A stretch of 48,816 nt of DNA. Source: Candidatus Woesearchaeota archaeon (GTDB taxonomy: Archaea; Nanobdellota; Nanobdellia; SCGC-AAA011-G17; JACPNG01). Below, piece after piece: positions 19,089-28,281 of this stretch. Within the stretch, counting starts at the first letter, position 1, and every line of letters starts with the position of its first letter. The stretch lies in the NCBI GenBank assembly GCA_016203135.1, contig JACQNI010000025.1, positions 1 through 48,816 on the forward strand, written 5' to 3'. Position numbers and translations under genes: made by a program. The notes beneath the pieces were generated by a model. That model worked only from the letters and a program-made list of their open reading frames with translations, was not told the origin of the DNA and searched no databases.

Positions 19089-19502
19089 CTAACATATTAA
19101 TATTTTTGCCTCGATATACCTTGTATTAAAGCTGTCAGCAATTCCAGTATTACAGCTCCCAAGCCTATTATATTCATATTCCTGTGTTTTTATAGAAAGC
19201 CTATAATCCCTATCTAATTTACTCAATATGTTTCCTATCTCTTTGTCAAGTAGCTCTTTACAATCCATACTACATATAACCTTTCCAGTACTACAATCTT
19301 CAATTATTTCCTTTATCTGCTTGTCACAATTTACAGGTGTGTAAAACATCATGGCTCTTAAAAAATATGAACTTTCTACACTTTGCCTTAACTCTTGATT
19401 ATTATTGTTTTGTCCAGAAAAGGATATATAGAAAAAAAATATCACTATGAATAATATTACAATAACCAATAATCCAATTACCTCTGTTTGTGCCTTTTTC
19501 AT
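19089..19502 (-). CDS. type IV pilin-like protein (class III signal peptide), Cys-containing
   Basis: 137 aa. The N-terminus MKKAQTEVIGLLVIVILFIVIFFF is a basic-Ala/Gly-Gln prepilin-type motif followed by a hydrophobic helix. Confidence 0.5.
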   Translation of the reverse strand: MKKAQTEVIGLLVIVILFIVIFFFYISFSGQNNNNQELRQSVESSYFLRAMMFYTPVNCDKQIKEIIEDCSTGKVICSMDCKELLDKEIGNILSKLDRDYRLSIKTQEYEYNRLGSCNTGIADSFNTRYIEAKILIC

Positions 19503-19975
19503 TTATAATCCTCTATAACAAGCTTGCCTACCCTATATTCATTATCTGAATAATACAATGGAACTATAACAGATATTATGTCCTTGCTTCTAAAGTTTGG
19601 TCTTGGATTTTCATATAAAACAACAGCTTCTTCAGTTCCTGGATAAACATCCATGATTGTTATATTCCGAAAACCAAGCCTGCTAAAATAAAGTCCTTTG
19701 TTCTCGTTTATCTTATCGGTTTTTACCTTGTTCATATCTATGCAGTTCTGTTCTATGCCATTAAAACTGCATTCTATCTCAGGCATTGTCAAAATGCTTG
19801 CTAATAAAATATCTCGATCAATATCATTTAATCCAGATTCTGTTTTACCTATCTCAGCCAAGTAAAACCTGTAATAATAGAATATTCCAATTACCAATAT
19901 AAGGATTACAACTACTAAAACCATTATCATCTCAATCATTCCAACTTGTCCTTTCTTAGAATAAATATATCCCAC
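19499..19975 (-). CDS. type IV pilin-like protein (class III signal peptide)
   Basis: 158 aa from GTG 19975, beginning ..SKKGQVGMIEMIMVLVVVILILVIG. An alternative ATG at 19939 would delete the KKGQ motif. Confidence 0.5.
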   Translation of the reverse strand: MGYIYSKKGQVGMIEMIMVLVVVILILVIGIFYYYRFYLAEIGKTESGLNDIDRDILLASILTMPEIECSFNGIEQNCIDMNKVKTDKINENKGLYFSRLGFRNITIMDVYPGTEEAVVLYENPRPNFRSKDIISVIVPLYYSDNEYRVGKLVIEDYK

Positions 19976-20912
19976 AGTTCCCTCTTGCTTCTTTGTTTGA
20001 ATCTACCAGTTGATCTATCTTGGTCATTTTTGCATCAACATCATTTGAGTTAAGATTTTCTAGCTTAAGATTCTTTAATCCATTTAAGCCATTATTCAAC
20101 CCAGTCATTAAACCAGATCCAAATGATCCCTGTCCTGAACATATAGAAGCTAATGTATTTGCCTTCTCTTGATATATCTCTGAAACCCTGGTTAATCTTT
20201 CAAAGGCCTTATTTACATCACATTTATAATCTTCCAAACTATCAGAGAATATAGCCCCATAAAGCATCTCCTTGCCTATGAAAATACTTTCTCCATCAGA
20301 GAATTTAACTTTTCCTCGACATTTATAATTATCAGTTAAATCATCACAAGTATCTTTATAGCCATATATAACTACCCCATTTTCAATCTGATTTATATCC
20401 TGCCCAACAATTACCCTTTTTACCTTATCTCCATTATTAACAAATCTCTTAGGTATGAACTCAACATTATTCATATCTCCCCTTAAGTTTTTAGCAAGAT
20501 TATCTGTTCCCTCAATTACTATTTTTGTATCCCCAGAAACATAAAAGAAATTAGTAACCGGAAAAGGCATTCTCCATTTTGCTGTCCAGATATTTAATTT
20601 ATCCCCTTCAATATCCCTCTGAGAAAATATTATGTTTTCATTGTTTACTGGATTTACATTGTTTACTTGAACCTTGCCACAAGTAAATCTTATTTTCACA
20701 TCTTCATTCAAGTCTATTGTCTTGTCAGCGTTGCTTGAAACAGAAAAGCTATCAAAATTGCTATTTAATGTCCTTGACAAAACAGCAGAGTTTAATTCTT
20801 CTTTTAAAAATATTTGCTGCCTTGCAAAGTTTATGAAGAAAATAAGTATTATTGCCCCAGCAACAGCAATCAAAATATACTTAAAAGTCTCTTCCACACC
20901 CCTTTTATCCAT
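19956..20912 (-). CDS. secreted/membrane-anchored protein with pilin-like N-terminus
   Basis: About 318 aa from ATG 20912 (the track uses TTG 20921). The N-terminus reads MDKRGVEETFKYILIAVAGAIILIFFINF. First gene of a three-gene overlapping set. Confidence 0.45.
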   Translation of the reverse strand: MDKRGVEETFKYILIAVAGAIILIFFINFARQQIFLKEELNSAVLSRTLNSNFDSFSVSSNADKTIDLNEDVKIRFTCGKVQVNNVNPVNNENIIFSQRDIEGDKLNIWTAKWRMPFPVTNFFYVSGDTKIVIEGTDNLAKNLRGDMNNVEFIPKRFVNNGDKVKRVIVGQDINQIENGVVIYGYKDTCDDLTDNYKCRGKVKFSDGESIFIGKEMLYGAIFSDSLEDYKCDVNKAFERLTRVSEIYQEKANTLASICSGQGSFGSGLMTGLNNGLNGLKNLKLENLNSNDVDAKMTKIDQLVDSNKEARGNCGIYLF

Positions 20913-20962
20913 GAATTTCAATAATGAGCAATATTAATAAATTCTTCTATTAAAAACTAATT

Positions 20963-21946
20963 ATGGACAAGGAAAAGACAGCCAGAAAGAATGTACTAAG
21001 AAAGTCACAAGAGCCATCAAAATATACAAAAATCAAAGGTTATGATTTTGATAAAAAGCTTAATTATGATGAGTTATTAGATTCATATTCATCTTCAGGT
21101 TTTCAGGCAACTAACTTTGCTAAAGCCATAGAGATAATTAACAAAATGATAAAAGATGATTGCAAGATTTATTTAGGATATACTTCAAACATGGTTAGTT
21201 CTGGTTTAAGGGATGTTTTTAGATATCTTGTAAAAAATAAAATGGTTGATATAATAGTTACAACCGGCGGAGGTATTGAAGAAGATATAATAAAATGCCT
21301 TGGGGATTTTATTCTTGGGGATTTTGACTTATCTGGAAAAGAATTAAGAAAAAAAGGCATAAACAGAATAGGCAATATTTTAGTTCCAAATTCTAGATAC
21401 TGTGACTTCGAAGATTTTTTCATGCCTTTATTGAATAAAGTCTACAAAGAAAAAAAATCTATCTCTCCATCAGAGCTTACCTATCTTCTCGGAAAAGAAA
21501 TAAACAATCAGGATTCAATATACTATTGGGCATATAAAAATAATATTCCTGTTTTTTCTCCAGCAATAATAGATGGCTCAATGGGAGACATGATCTATTT
21601 CTTCAAGTATCAAAAGCCAGACTTTGAGATTAATATTGCAGAAGACATGAAAAAATTAAATGATATGACCATAGATGCAAAGAAAACTGGCTTGATAATT
21701 CTCGGCTCTGGTTTGATAAAGCACCATATTTTAAATGCAAACATGATGAGAAACGGAGCAGATTATGTTGTTTATATTAACAATTCCCAGGAATTTGATG
21801 GTAGTGATGCAGGAGCAAAAATTGAGGAAGCTGTTTCATGGGGAAAAGTATTGCCTGAAAAAAATTACATAAAAGTTTTTGGTGATGCAACAATATTATT
21901 TCCATTGATAGTAGCAAAAACATTTAAAAAAGATGATGAACAATGA
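20963..21946 (+). CDS. dhs: deoxyhypusine synthase
   Basis: 327 aa. TSNMVSSGLRD, VTTGGGIEEDIIK and the catalytic lysine context EAVSWGKV. Confidence 0.9.
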   Translation: MDKEKTARKNVLRKSQEPSKYTKIKGYDFDKKLNYDELLDSYSSSGFQATNFAKAIEIINKMIKDDCKIYLGYTSNMVSSGLRDVFRYLVKNKMVDIIVTTGGGIEEDIIKCLGDFILGDFDLSGKELRKKGINRIGNILVPNSRYCDFEDFFMPLLNKVYKEKKSISPSELTYLLGKEINNQDSIYYWAYKNNIPVFSPAIIDGSMGDMIYFFKYQKPDFEINIAEDMKKLNDMTIDAKKTGLIILGSGLIKHHILNANMMRNGADYVVYINNSQEFDGSDAGAKIEEAVSWGKVLPEKNYIKVFGDATILFPLIVAKTFKKDDEQ

Positions 21947-22422
21947 ACACAAACAGAAGAGAATTCTTGCTTGAGCTTATGATCCTTAAAGTCCTGCAAG
22001 ATGAAACGCCTTTAAAAACATTGGCAGAACAAGTAGCTCAGAAAACAGAAAAAATAACTACAGAAGGCAATGGCATAATAAAACTTTACAGGCATTTCAC
22101 AACAATTTCCTTAAGAATACATACAAAAGATTTTATTGCTGCTGTTAACAAAGAAGATAATTATCTTGCAATAGATTACATTCCAAAGAACTCTGAAGAA
22201 ATAAATAATCTTGTAGAAGGTGCTGGCAGGTTCATTGATTTAGGTATTGATGCTAAGTTTAAATATCAACATGAGCTGATTCCTAGTTATGCATTTCATG
22301 ATGGAAGAAAAATAAAACCCGCTACAGATCTTGCCTTATTTCTTGACTTGTATAAAAATGCATTAAATGCAATAGATAGTTTTTACACAAAAAGAAATCT
22401 AAGGGTATACGACAAAGCTTAA
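21943..22422 (+). CDS. hypothetical protein, ATGA-coupled to deoxyhypusine synthase
   Basis: 159 aa with no recognisable motif. Its 3' end overlaps the convergent giant gene by 24 nt. Confidence 0.5.
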   Translation: MNTNRREFLLELMILKVLQDETPLKTLAEQVAQKTEKITTEGNGIIKLYRHFTTISLRIHTKDFIAAVNKEDNYLAIDYIPKNSEEINNLVEGAGRFIDLGIDAKFKYQHELIPSYAFHDGRKIKPATDLALFLDLYKNALNAIDSFYTKRNLRVYDKA

Positions 22423-25400
22423 TTGATTGTCAAAAACATCCTTGCATATGATATTTAACTTGTCAGCTAAAGGAGCGCTATGAATTCCTTGAGACTTTGT
22501 CATTAAAGTTCCTGTTCCAAAATTAAACTGTTTATTGCTGAATTCGCAGTTAACTTCTTCATCTAATTCAATATTCAAGCTGCTTGCTGTAGAATATATC
22601 CTTAATATTTCTGGCCTGCTTAAGTCAACAGCAACATCAAAGCTGGTCTTTCCCTTAGCTTCATTGCCAGCTATGTCTTGACATGTAACAAAGTAATTAT
22701 ATCTTGCAGTTCCAAGTATCAGGCTTTGCTCATGCACCTTGCTGTTTGTGTTGATAAACTCTACTTTATTAAAAAATTCATCGCTTTCTTTCTCGCTGAA
22801 AGCGCATATTGCTTTTCCATTTTCTGCACCATTAGAAGTTACAACTTTTAGTGTTATATTTCCATTGAATATTGTTCCTGTAGGTTCAACTTTATCAATA
22901 TTCAATTTGCTTGTTTTTGTTAAGCTATAAGCAAAGCTCTGCTGCATAACATTCCTGTCTTTCTCCTCTTTTCCAGGCTGGTCTTTGCATTTAAAGAAGA
23001 ATTTATTTTCTCCTGTTGTTAAGCTACCTAACTTTGTTTTGCATTCAAACAATCCATAATGCAAAGCGTTTGTTATAAATCCGCTTGTTTGGCATTCAAA
23101 ATCATTTTTCATATTCCCATAATCTAAATCACTTTTATCCCATTTACATTCACTTGGTTCATTAACAAATATATCTACAGAAGTCTCATTGATATCACTT
23201 CTAATAAATGCCTTGTTTAAAGGACTTACCTCTTCAATTTTTGGTGGTGTTAAATCTGGTCCTGGTTTTACATTAAACCTTATGAAGTAATCAGCTTCGT
23301 TCTGATTTCCAGCAGCATCTTGGCATTTTATATATAATGTATGCTCTCCCTGGTTTGTCAATGCCAATGCCTCTTTGCTTGTTAGTTCAGCAGGCAAGTT
23401 CAATTCAATCTGGTGTTCATTAATGTATAAGTTTGTTCCAAAGAATGCAGTCATGTCATCATATTTCTTTCCTAGATCTTTATCAAACCTGCATTGTGCT
23501 GGCTCATCTGTTAATATTCCTAAAGTTACAGGAGTAAACGGCTCTATTTTTTCAGTTAATCTATACCCATTTGGAGTTTCATCTATGTTTCCCTTGATCA
23601 CATTTCTAAACGGAGTTATTTTCGGTGATCTAACATCATCAATATTTATTGCAACGCATTTTTCTTCTTTCTTTCCCTTATTTATCAAGCCACATTGCTG
23701 CCCTAAGCTTTTGCATCTATATTCAGAACAAGGTTTTTTAGGATCTTGATTGCATAATTCACATTTACTTCCACCTTTTGGAGGCTGCCATATCCCACAT
23801 CCAATCTGATAATTTTTTTCTTTTGTTTGTGCAAGTACAACATCAACTATAGAATAAACAGTATAAGCCCATAAAGCAATATTTACTGCTGCAAATATTC
23901 TTCCTAAATTACTTAATATAAAAGGTTTTCCTGCTACAGTTGTTGTTCCAGTTATTGCCCCTTTAACACCAAATCCAGATAAAAAAGGAACCCCTAAAAC
24001 AGATTTAGTTAATACTGCCCCACCACTAGATTTTAAAAGTACTCCTAATCCAATCAATGCAGTCAAAGCAATAGGCCCTCCTGGAGTAAAGTAATTCCAG
24101 CTGCTTGGTATATTCTTATTTACATCAGTAGAAGTTAACTTGCTAAAGTCTCCAAGATCTCTTTTTTGTAGTTTATATCCATCAAAATACAATCCATCTT
24201 TTTCCCTTTCAGAAGAAGCTGTATTTGTATATCCATCCAAAGAAGCATCTCCAGCTATGTTAAAGTAAGCCCCGCAGTCTCCCAAAGACTTACAATAATT
24301 ATTTCCAGCTATTACCCACTCCTGTGTTGTGCAATGCTCATTACCGTCAGGAGTAATTTTCCAAGAATCCACTCCAAATATTCTAGAAGCCCCTCCCCTT
24401 CTCCATTTAACATTGCATTCTAAACTTCCAGCTTCACAAACAGAATCCTTTGCTTTTGGAGAAAAGCTGCTTAATGAAACATCAGCTGCCTTTCCCCTTG
24501 TTGTTGATTCAATAAATTTAATACCCTCATTCCAAAATTTTATTCCTGGAGGTACATCAGGAGTGCAAACCCCCCCATAAGTTCTTAATATTTCTTGAGG
24601 CAATGCAACAGCGCTTATTCCCGAAGGATTCCAGAAACAATCCCTTGCAGCCCTGTCTTCACAACATTTCCTTGCACAGCAAGCAGTCTGTGCTTCATTC
24701 ACTTCTGTATCTTTAAAAGTATCTTCCAAGCCATCACATTCTCCTCCACATAACTCAGCTTCATTGCATTCAGTACAACTCTCCCACCTGTTAAATCTAC
24801 AAGCTGCTTCATTAAATCCTTGTTGTATTCCTGCTTCTTGTAATGAATTATCATTTATCTTGTCTTCAAAGCATAATTCTTCCCTAAAATCCTTGCAAGG
24901 CTCTACAATTTCTTCTCCATTTATACAAACAGTTCTAAAGTGTCTGCTTCCAACTAAGTCTCTTCCTTGTCCAACAGCCCCATCATATAAGCACCAAGAT
25001 TCTCCTGATTTTTTAGCACTTCCAGCACTAGGACTTGGAGCGCTTTTAGTTATATCTATACAAGCTGTTGACTTACAAATAAAATTTCCAACTATTGGCT
25101 TGACAGAAGTTGCATTCCCACAAATTGTTCCAGCAGTATAATCACAGTTCCCGCATCTTGGATCATTTGCATTAGCCTTGCAAATTTCTTGTTGTTGCTG
25201 ATCTGATAAAATAAATCCATTGTTGTAAGAAATTTCCTTGTTTGCATTGTAAATATTTTCTTTGTTTCCACAGCTGTCAAACCAATACACATCTTCTTCA
25301 GAGCATTTTGTTGTTTGTTGCTTTGCACATTCAGTTCCTAATGCTGAATTGCTGCATAAAAATCCCTTATGGAATCCAGTCTTAATTCCCTTAACATCTT

Positions 25401-25962
25401 TCTCTTGAACATTACAAAGCTGCTGGGTTGTTAAAACACATCTGCCATCTTCCTTTACACATGCCCCTAAATCTTCAGAAAAGCTCTTTTGCAAACATAA
25501 AGCCTCGCTTTGAATACTTTCATCAAAAACCATGTTTACATTTGGAAATTTTGCAGTTTCTAATTTGCATCTTGCTTGTGTTGTGAAAAATGCCTCATCC
25601 CCGATAATGCAGCATCCTTCTCTTGCTAATGGTATGTTACAATCTGCTGAATCAAAAAATTCTCCCTTCTTTGCAATGCAGTTTGCTTTTCCTACCTTCT
25701 TAAAGCATTTCCCTTCTGTTTCTATAAAACAGCTTCCAACCTTGCAAAAACTTGATTGTGCACAAGTAGCTGAAATCTCTCTCGAATTTTCTGCACATTT
25801 ATCTTTGCTTGTATATTGGCAAAATTCTCCATCAGTGGTTTTTTCACAGCATGTTTCTTGTTTTTGTGCAGAAACATTTTTTATATTCAATAAAGATATA
25901 GTAAAAACAGAGCTGATTAAGATTAATGCTAAAAATAAAGCCTTTATTTTTTTATCAATCAT
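22399..25962 (-). CDS. giant cysteine-rich surface/membrane protein with four C-terminal Ig-like repeats
   Basis: 1187 aa. The order is a signal peptide, a roughly 600-aa ectodomain with 47 Cys (manual count), a pair of TM helices (GGPIALTALIGLGVLL, IFAAVNIALWAYTVYSIVDVVLA), a Cys knot (CELCNQDPKKPCSEYRCKSLGQQC), then four repeats. Each repeat carries a ..EPxxC(R/K)(F/W).. and ..C(Q/K)DxxGN.. pattern. Confidence 0.8.
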   Translation of the reverse strand: MIDKKIKALFLALILISSVFTISLLNIKNVSAQKQETCCEKTTDGEFCQYTSKDKCAENSREISATCAQSSFCKVGSCFIETEGKCFKKVGKANCIAKKGEFFDSADCNIPLAREGCCIIGDEAFFTTQARCKLETAKFPNVNMVFDESIQSEALCLQKSFSEDLGACVKEDGRCVLTTQQLCNVQEKDVKGIKTGFHKGFLCSNSALGTECAKQQTTKCSEEDVYWFDSCGNKENIYNANKEISYNNGFILSDQQQQEICKANANDPRCGNCDYTAGTICGNATSVKPIVGNFICKSTACIDITKSAPSPSAGSAKKSGESWCLYDGAVGQGRDLVGSRHFRTVCINGEEIVEPCKDFREELCFEDKINDNSLQEAGIQQGFNEAACRFNRWESCTECNEAELCGGECDGLEDTFKDTEVNEAQTACCARKCCEDRAARDCFWNPSGISAVALPQEILRTYGGVCTPDVPPGIKFWNEGIKFIESTTRGKAADVSLSSFSPKAKDSVCEAGSLECNVKWRRGGASRIFGVDSWKITPDGNEHCTTQEWVIAGNNYCKSLGDCGAYFNIAGDASLDGYTNTASSEREKDGLYFDGYKLQKRDLGDFSKLTSTDVNKNIPSSWNYFTPGGPIALTALIGLGVLLKSSGGAVLTKSVLGVPFLSGFGVKGAITGTTTVAGKPFILSNLGRIFAAVNIALWAYTVYSIVDVVLAQTKEKNYQIGCGIWQPPKGGSKCELCNQDPKKPCSEYRCKSLGQQCGLINKGKKEEKCVAINIDDVRSPKITPFRNVIKGNIDETPNGYRLTEKIEPFTPVTLGILTDEPAQCRFDKDLGKKYDDMTAFFGTNLYINEHQIELNLPAELTSKEALALTNQGEHTLYIKCQDAAGNQNEADYFIRFNVKPGPDLTPPKIEEVSPLNKAFIRSDINETSVDIFVNEPSECKWDKSDLDYGNMKNDFECQTSGFITNALHYGLFECKTKLGSLTTGENKFFFKCKDQPGKEEKDRNVMQQSFAYSLTKTSKLNIDKVEPTGTIFNGNITLKVVTSNGAENGKAICAFSEKESDEFFNKVEFINTNSKVHEQSLILGTARYNYFVTCQDIAGNEAKGKTSFDVAVDLSRPEILRIYSTASSLNIELDEEVNCEFSNKQFNFGTGTLMTKSQGIHSAPLADKLNIICKDVFDNQLSFVVYP

Positions 25963-26738
25963 GCCGGCTCTCCCTCAACAGCAAATTGAAACACATAGCT
26001 ATTATCATCCCTTTTTACTTGATATACTTTATGTGGATATAATTTATTTAAGTATATCTTAAATTCTCCTTTTCTAAGCTGCATATAGCTTAATGTATCA
26101 AAAAATCCAAATGTTGCTTCATCATCTATTATATCTTGGCTTATTTCATATAACTCCCCCAAAGGATAATTAAAACTTTCTGTGAATTTATTCCTAGAAA
26201 CCATGTTATCTTTGCTTTTAAGAGTAACAGGATAATTTATATCTAGGATAACAGCCCTAGATTCAATTTTTGTTTTAACATCTAAAGTTCCAGTGGTTAT
26301 TTCATAGGGTTTAAATCTCTGAAAACTTGTAAAATCTAAACAGCCATTCAAGGATTGTTTTACATTCTCGCTGATTTGTGATTCCATCTCTTCTATTGTT
26401 AATAATCTGTTCATGCATGCTTCGTCATCAGGAATATTATAGCAAAGAAAACTTACTTCTGAATCTTTATATGATATGAAACTATAATCAACAGGTTCTA
26501 AATATCCCCCTTGTAATCCGATCTTTTCAATGATTTCATTTGCATTCTGCTCAGAGTCTCGATTCAAGCAGTCAATTATATTGCTTTCAATTTCATTCAA
26601 TTCCAGATTTAAATTTTCGGTAGTTGTTGGCAAAAAAATAGTTTTTCTTGCAACGAAAAAAAGACTTAAAATAACTACAATTACAATTCCAATAATTACA
26701 AATGCAGTAATCTGCCCTCTTTTTCCAAAAATAAACAT
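25959..26738 (-). CDS. type IV pilin-like protein (class III signal peptide), ATGA-coupled to the giant Cys-rich gene
   Basis: 259 aa. The N-terminus reads MFIFGKRGQITAFVIIGIVIVVILSLFF, and the body contains 5 Cys. Confidence 0.55.
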   Translation of the reverse strand: MFIFGKRGQITAFVIIGIVIVVILSLFFVARKTIFLPTTTENLNLELNEIESNIIDCLNRDSEQNANEIIEKIGLQGGYLEPVDYSFISYKDSEVSFLCYNIPDDEACMNRLLTIEEMESQISENVKQSLNGCLDFTSFQRFKPYEITTGTLDVKTKIESRAVILDINYPVTLKSKDNMVSRNKFTESFNYPLGELYEISQDIIDDEATFGFFDTLSYMQLRKGEFKIYLNKLYPHKVYQVKRDDNSYVFQFAVEGEPA

Positions 26739-26793
26739 ACTAGCTCTTATTTATCGAACTTATTGTTTATTTAAATATTTTGGTAAAGAATTC

Positions 26794-27540
26794 TTATTCG
26801 TTTTGCACTCTTGGAGCTAAAATAGTAATCAAATTTAATTTATCCAAGACTTTATACTCGATTCTTAAAGGATATTCATTGTCAAAATTCAGCTTTACAG
26901 TATCAGCAAGCTTTGAAGCCTTTATAATTTTTTTCAGGTATTCAAGTGAATATCTTGCAGAGACATTTCCTCCATTCAAGATTATGCTTGTATCCTCATC
27001 CTTTGGAATTTCTACTTTAGCATGATTCATTCTTCCCTCTGCTTCTATTACTAGCTTGTCATTTTCTGCTGTTAATGAAACAGATTCAGCAACAACCTCC
27101 ATGTCTTCAATGGCCTCATCAAAAACACTTGTATTTAATTCTATTTCTCCAGAAAATTTTAAGTCAGGAATTCTTTGCTCTTTATAGCTTGCTTCTAATA
27201 AAGCAATATTAAAAGTCCTTAAAGAATCTCCTTTTAATTGAACTTTAAGTTTATTTTTTTTCTCATCTAGTTCCATCGACAATGTATCGCTTGGCTTTGC
27301 CCTTCTTAACACTTGTTTAAAGCTTTCTAAATTTATAGATATCTTATATTCCTTTTCAACATTGTATTCAACAAAAGCGCTTGAAAGAAGATTAAAAACA
27401 ATCATTGCAACGCTTGCAGGATCCATAGCAACAAGCTCCATCCTGTCTGGCTTGAACTTTATGCTTACATCATTGACTATGTCAGAGATAACACCAATGC
27501 TATCCTTCAAAAACCTTGGTTCTGCTAAAACTAGCTTCAT
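26794..27540 (-). CDS. pcn: DNA polymerase sliding clamp PCNA
   Basis: 248 aa. Typical archaeal PCNA N-terminus (F..A.......I....ISDIVNDV...F....M.L.AMD...VAM) and length. Confidence 0.9.
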   Translation of the reverse strand: MKLVLAEPRFLKDSIGVISDIVNDVSIKFKPDRMELVAMDPASVAMIVFNLLSSAFVEYNVEKEYKISINLESFKQVLRRAKPSDTLSMELDEKKNKLKVQLKGDSLRTFNIALLEASYKEQRIPDLKFSGEIELNTSVFDEAIEDMEVVAESVSLTAENDKLVIEAEGRMNHAKVEIPKDEDTSIILNGGNVSARYSLEYLKKIIKASKLADTVKLNFDNEYPLRIEYKVLDKLNLITILAPRVQNE

Positions 27541-27563
27541 TATCCTATATAATTGTAAAAAGC

Positions 27564-27584
27564 ATTTATATTGTTTTTGGTATT
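27564..27584 (-). promoter_or_regulatory. BRE/TATA promoter module upstream of PCNA (copy 1 of a 21-nt repeat)
   Basis: The minus strand reads AATACCAAAAACAATATAAAT, with the TATA centred about 27 nt from ATG 27540. It matches 27949..27969 at 20 of 21 positions. Confidence 0.45.
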
Positions 27585-27609
27585 TTGTAATATATCTTTA
27601 GAGTGAAAT

Positions 27610-27927
27610 TTAAACTGAATCTAGATAAGTAGCTACTACAGAACTATCATCCTTTTTAATTTCTCTAGTATAATCCATTGCCCTTTTATATTTTTCATTA
27701 ACTCTAACGATTTCATTACTATTAACACTATATTTATTTGCTAACGATATATATCTATCATAAGCCCCACTCATAGTTTCTTTAAGCTTATCTAGTTCTG
27801 ATATATCTCTGGCACCTATGCATATATTTAAAGATAACTCAGAGAGTTTATTCTCCAATCTTTCTAATTCCCTGCCATCACTAAAAGCTTCTTCGCTAGT
27901 AGTTTTAAGACTAAGTATTGGGTACAT
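27610..27927 (-). CDS. small helical hypothetical protein (paralogue A)
   Basis: 105 aa. Shares GRELE.L, a helical middle region and (N/E)(Q/E)KY..AM.Y with 27975..28280. Confidence 0.55.
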   Translation of the reverse strand: MYPILSLKTTSEEAFSDGRELERLENKLSELSLNICIGARDISELDKLKETMSGAYDRYISLANKYSVNSNEIVRVNEKYKRAMDYTREIKKDDSSVVATYLDSV

Positions 27928-27948
27928 TTTTAAAAGTAATTCAGTAAA

Positions 27949-27969
27949 ATTTATATTGCTTTTGGTATT
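27949..27969 (-). promoter_or_regulatory. BRE/TATA promoter module upstream of paralogue A (copy 2 of the 21-nt repeat)
   Basis: The minus strand reads AATACCAAAAGCAATATAAAT, about 25 nt from ATG 27927. Confidence 0.45.
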
Positions 27970-27974
27970 GTGAA

Positions 27975-28280
27975 TTAATATAATCCATAGTGTTTAAGAT
28001 AATTCATAGCATCTACATATTTCTGATTAATTTCAAAGATATCAGGTCCATTAACTTCATACCGAGATCCAAGTTCCTCAAATCTCTTATGAACAATATC
28101 CATGGCCCTCTTTAAATATTTCCTAAGGTCCAAGTCATCTTTATTACTTAAATTAACATTACTTATACTAAATATTAATGTGTGCAAAGAAGATATTTGA
28201 TCTATTAATTTTTCTAGTTCCCTTCCTTCCTTGAATCCTGCTTTTTCTCTTTCACTCTTAAAATTAATTTCTGCATACAT
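27975..28280 (-). CDS. small helical hypothetical protein (paralogue B)
   Basis: 101 aa, a tandem paralogue of 27610..27927. Both share the leader TGAATTACTTTTAAA(A)ATGTA. Confidence 0.55.
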   Translation of the reverse strand: MYAEINFKSEREKAGFKEGRELEKLIDQISSLHTLIFSISNVNLSNKDDLDLRKYLKRAMDIVHKRFEELGSRYEVNGPDIFEINQKYVDAMNYLKHYGLY

Positions 28281-28281
28281 T

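Noticed and set aside
22739-26062. Plus-strand ORFs (22739..22930, 23375..23749, 24329..24580, 24764..25141, 25532..26062) and minus-strand out-of-frame 25092..25328 inside the giant gene
   Set aside because: They are antisense or out-of-frame shadows of a continuous 1187-aa ORF with coherent domain structure. Their translations are low-complexity with no motifs.
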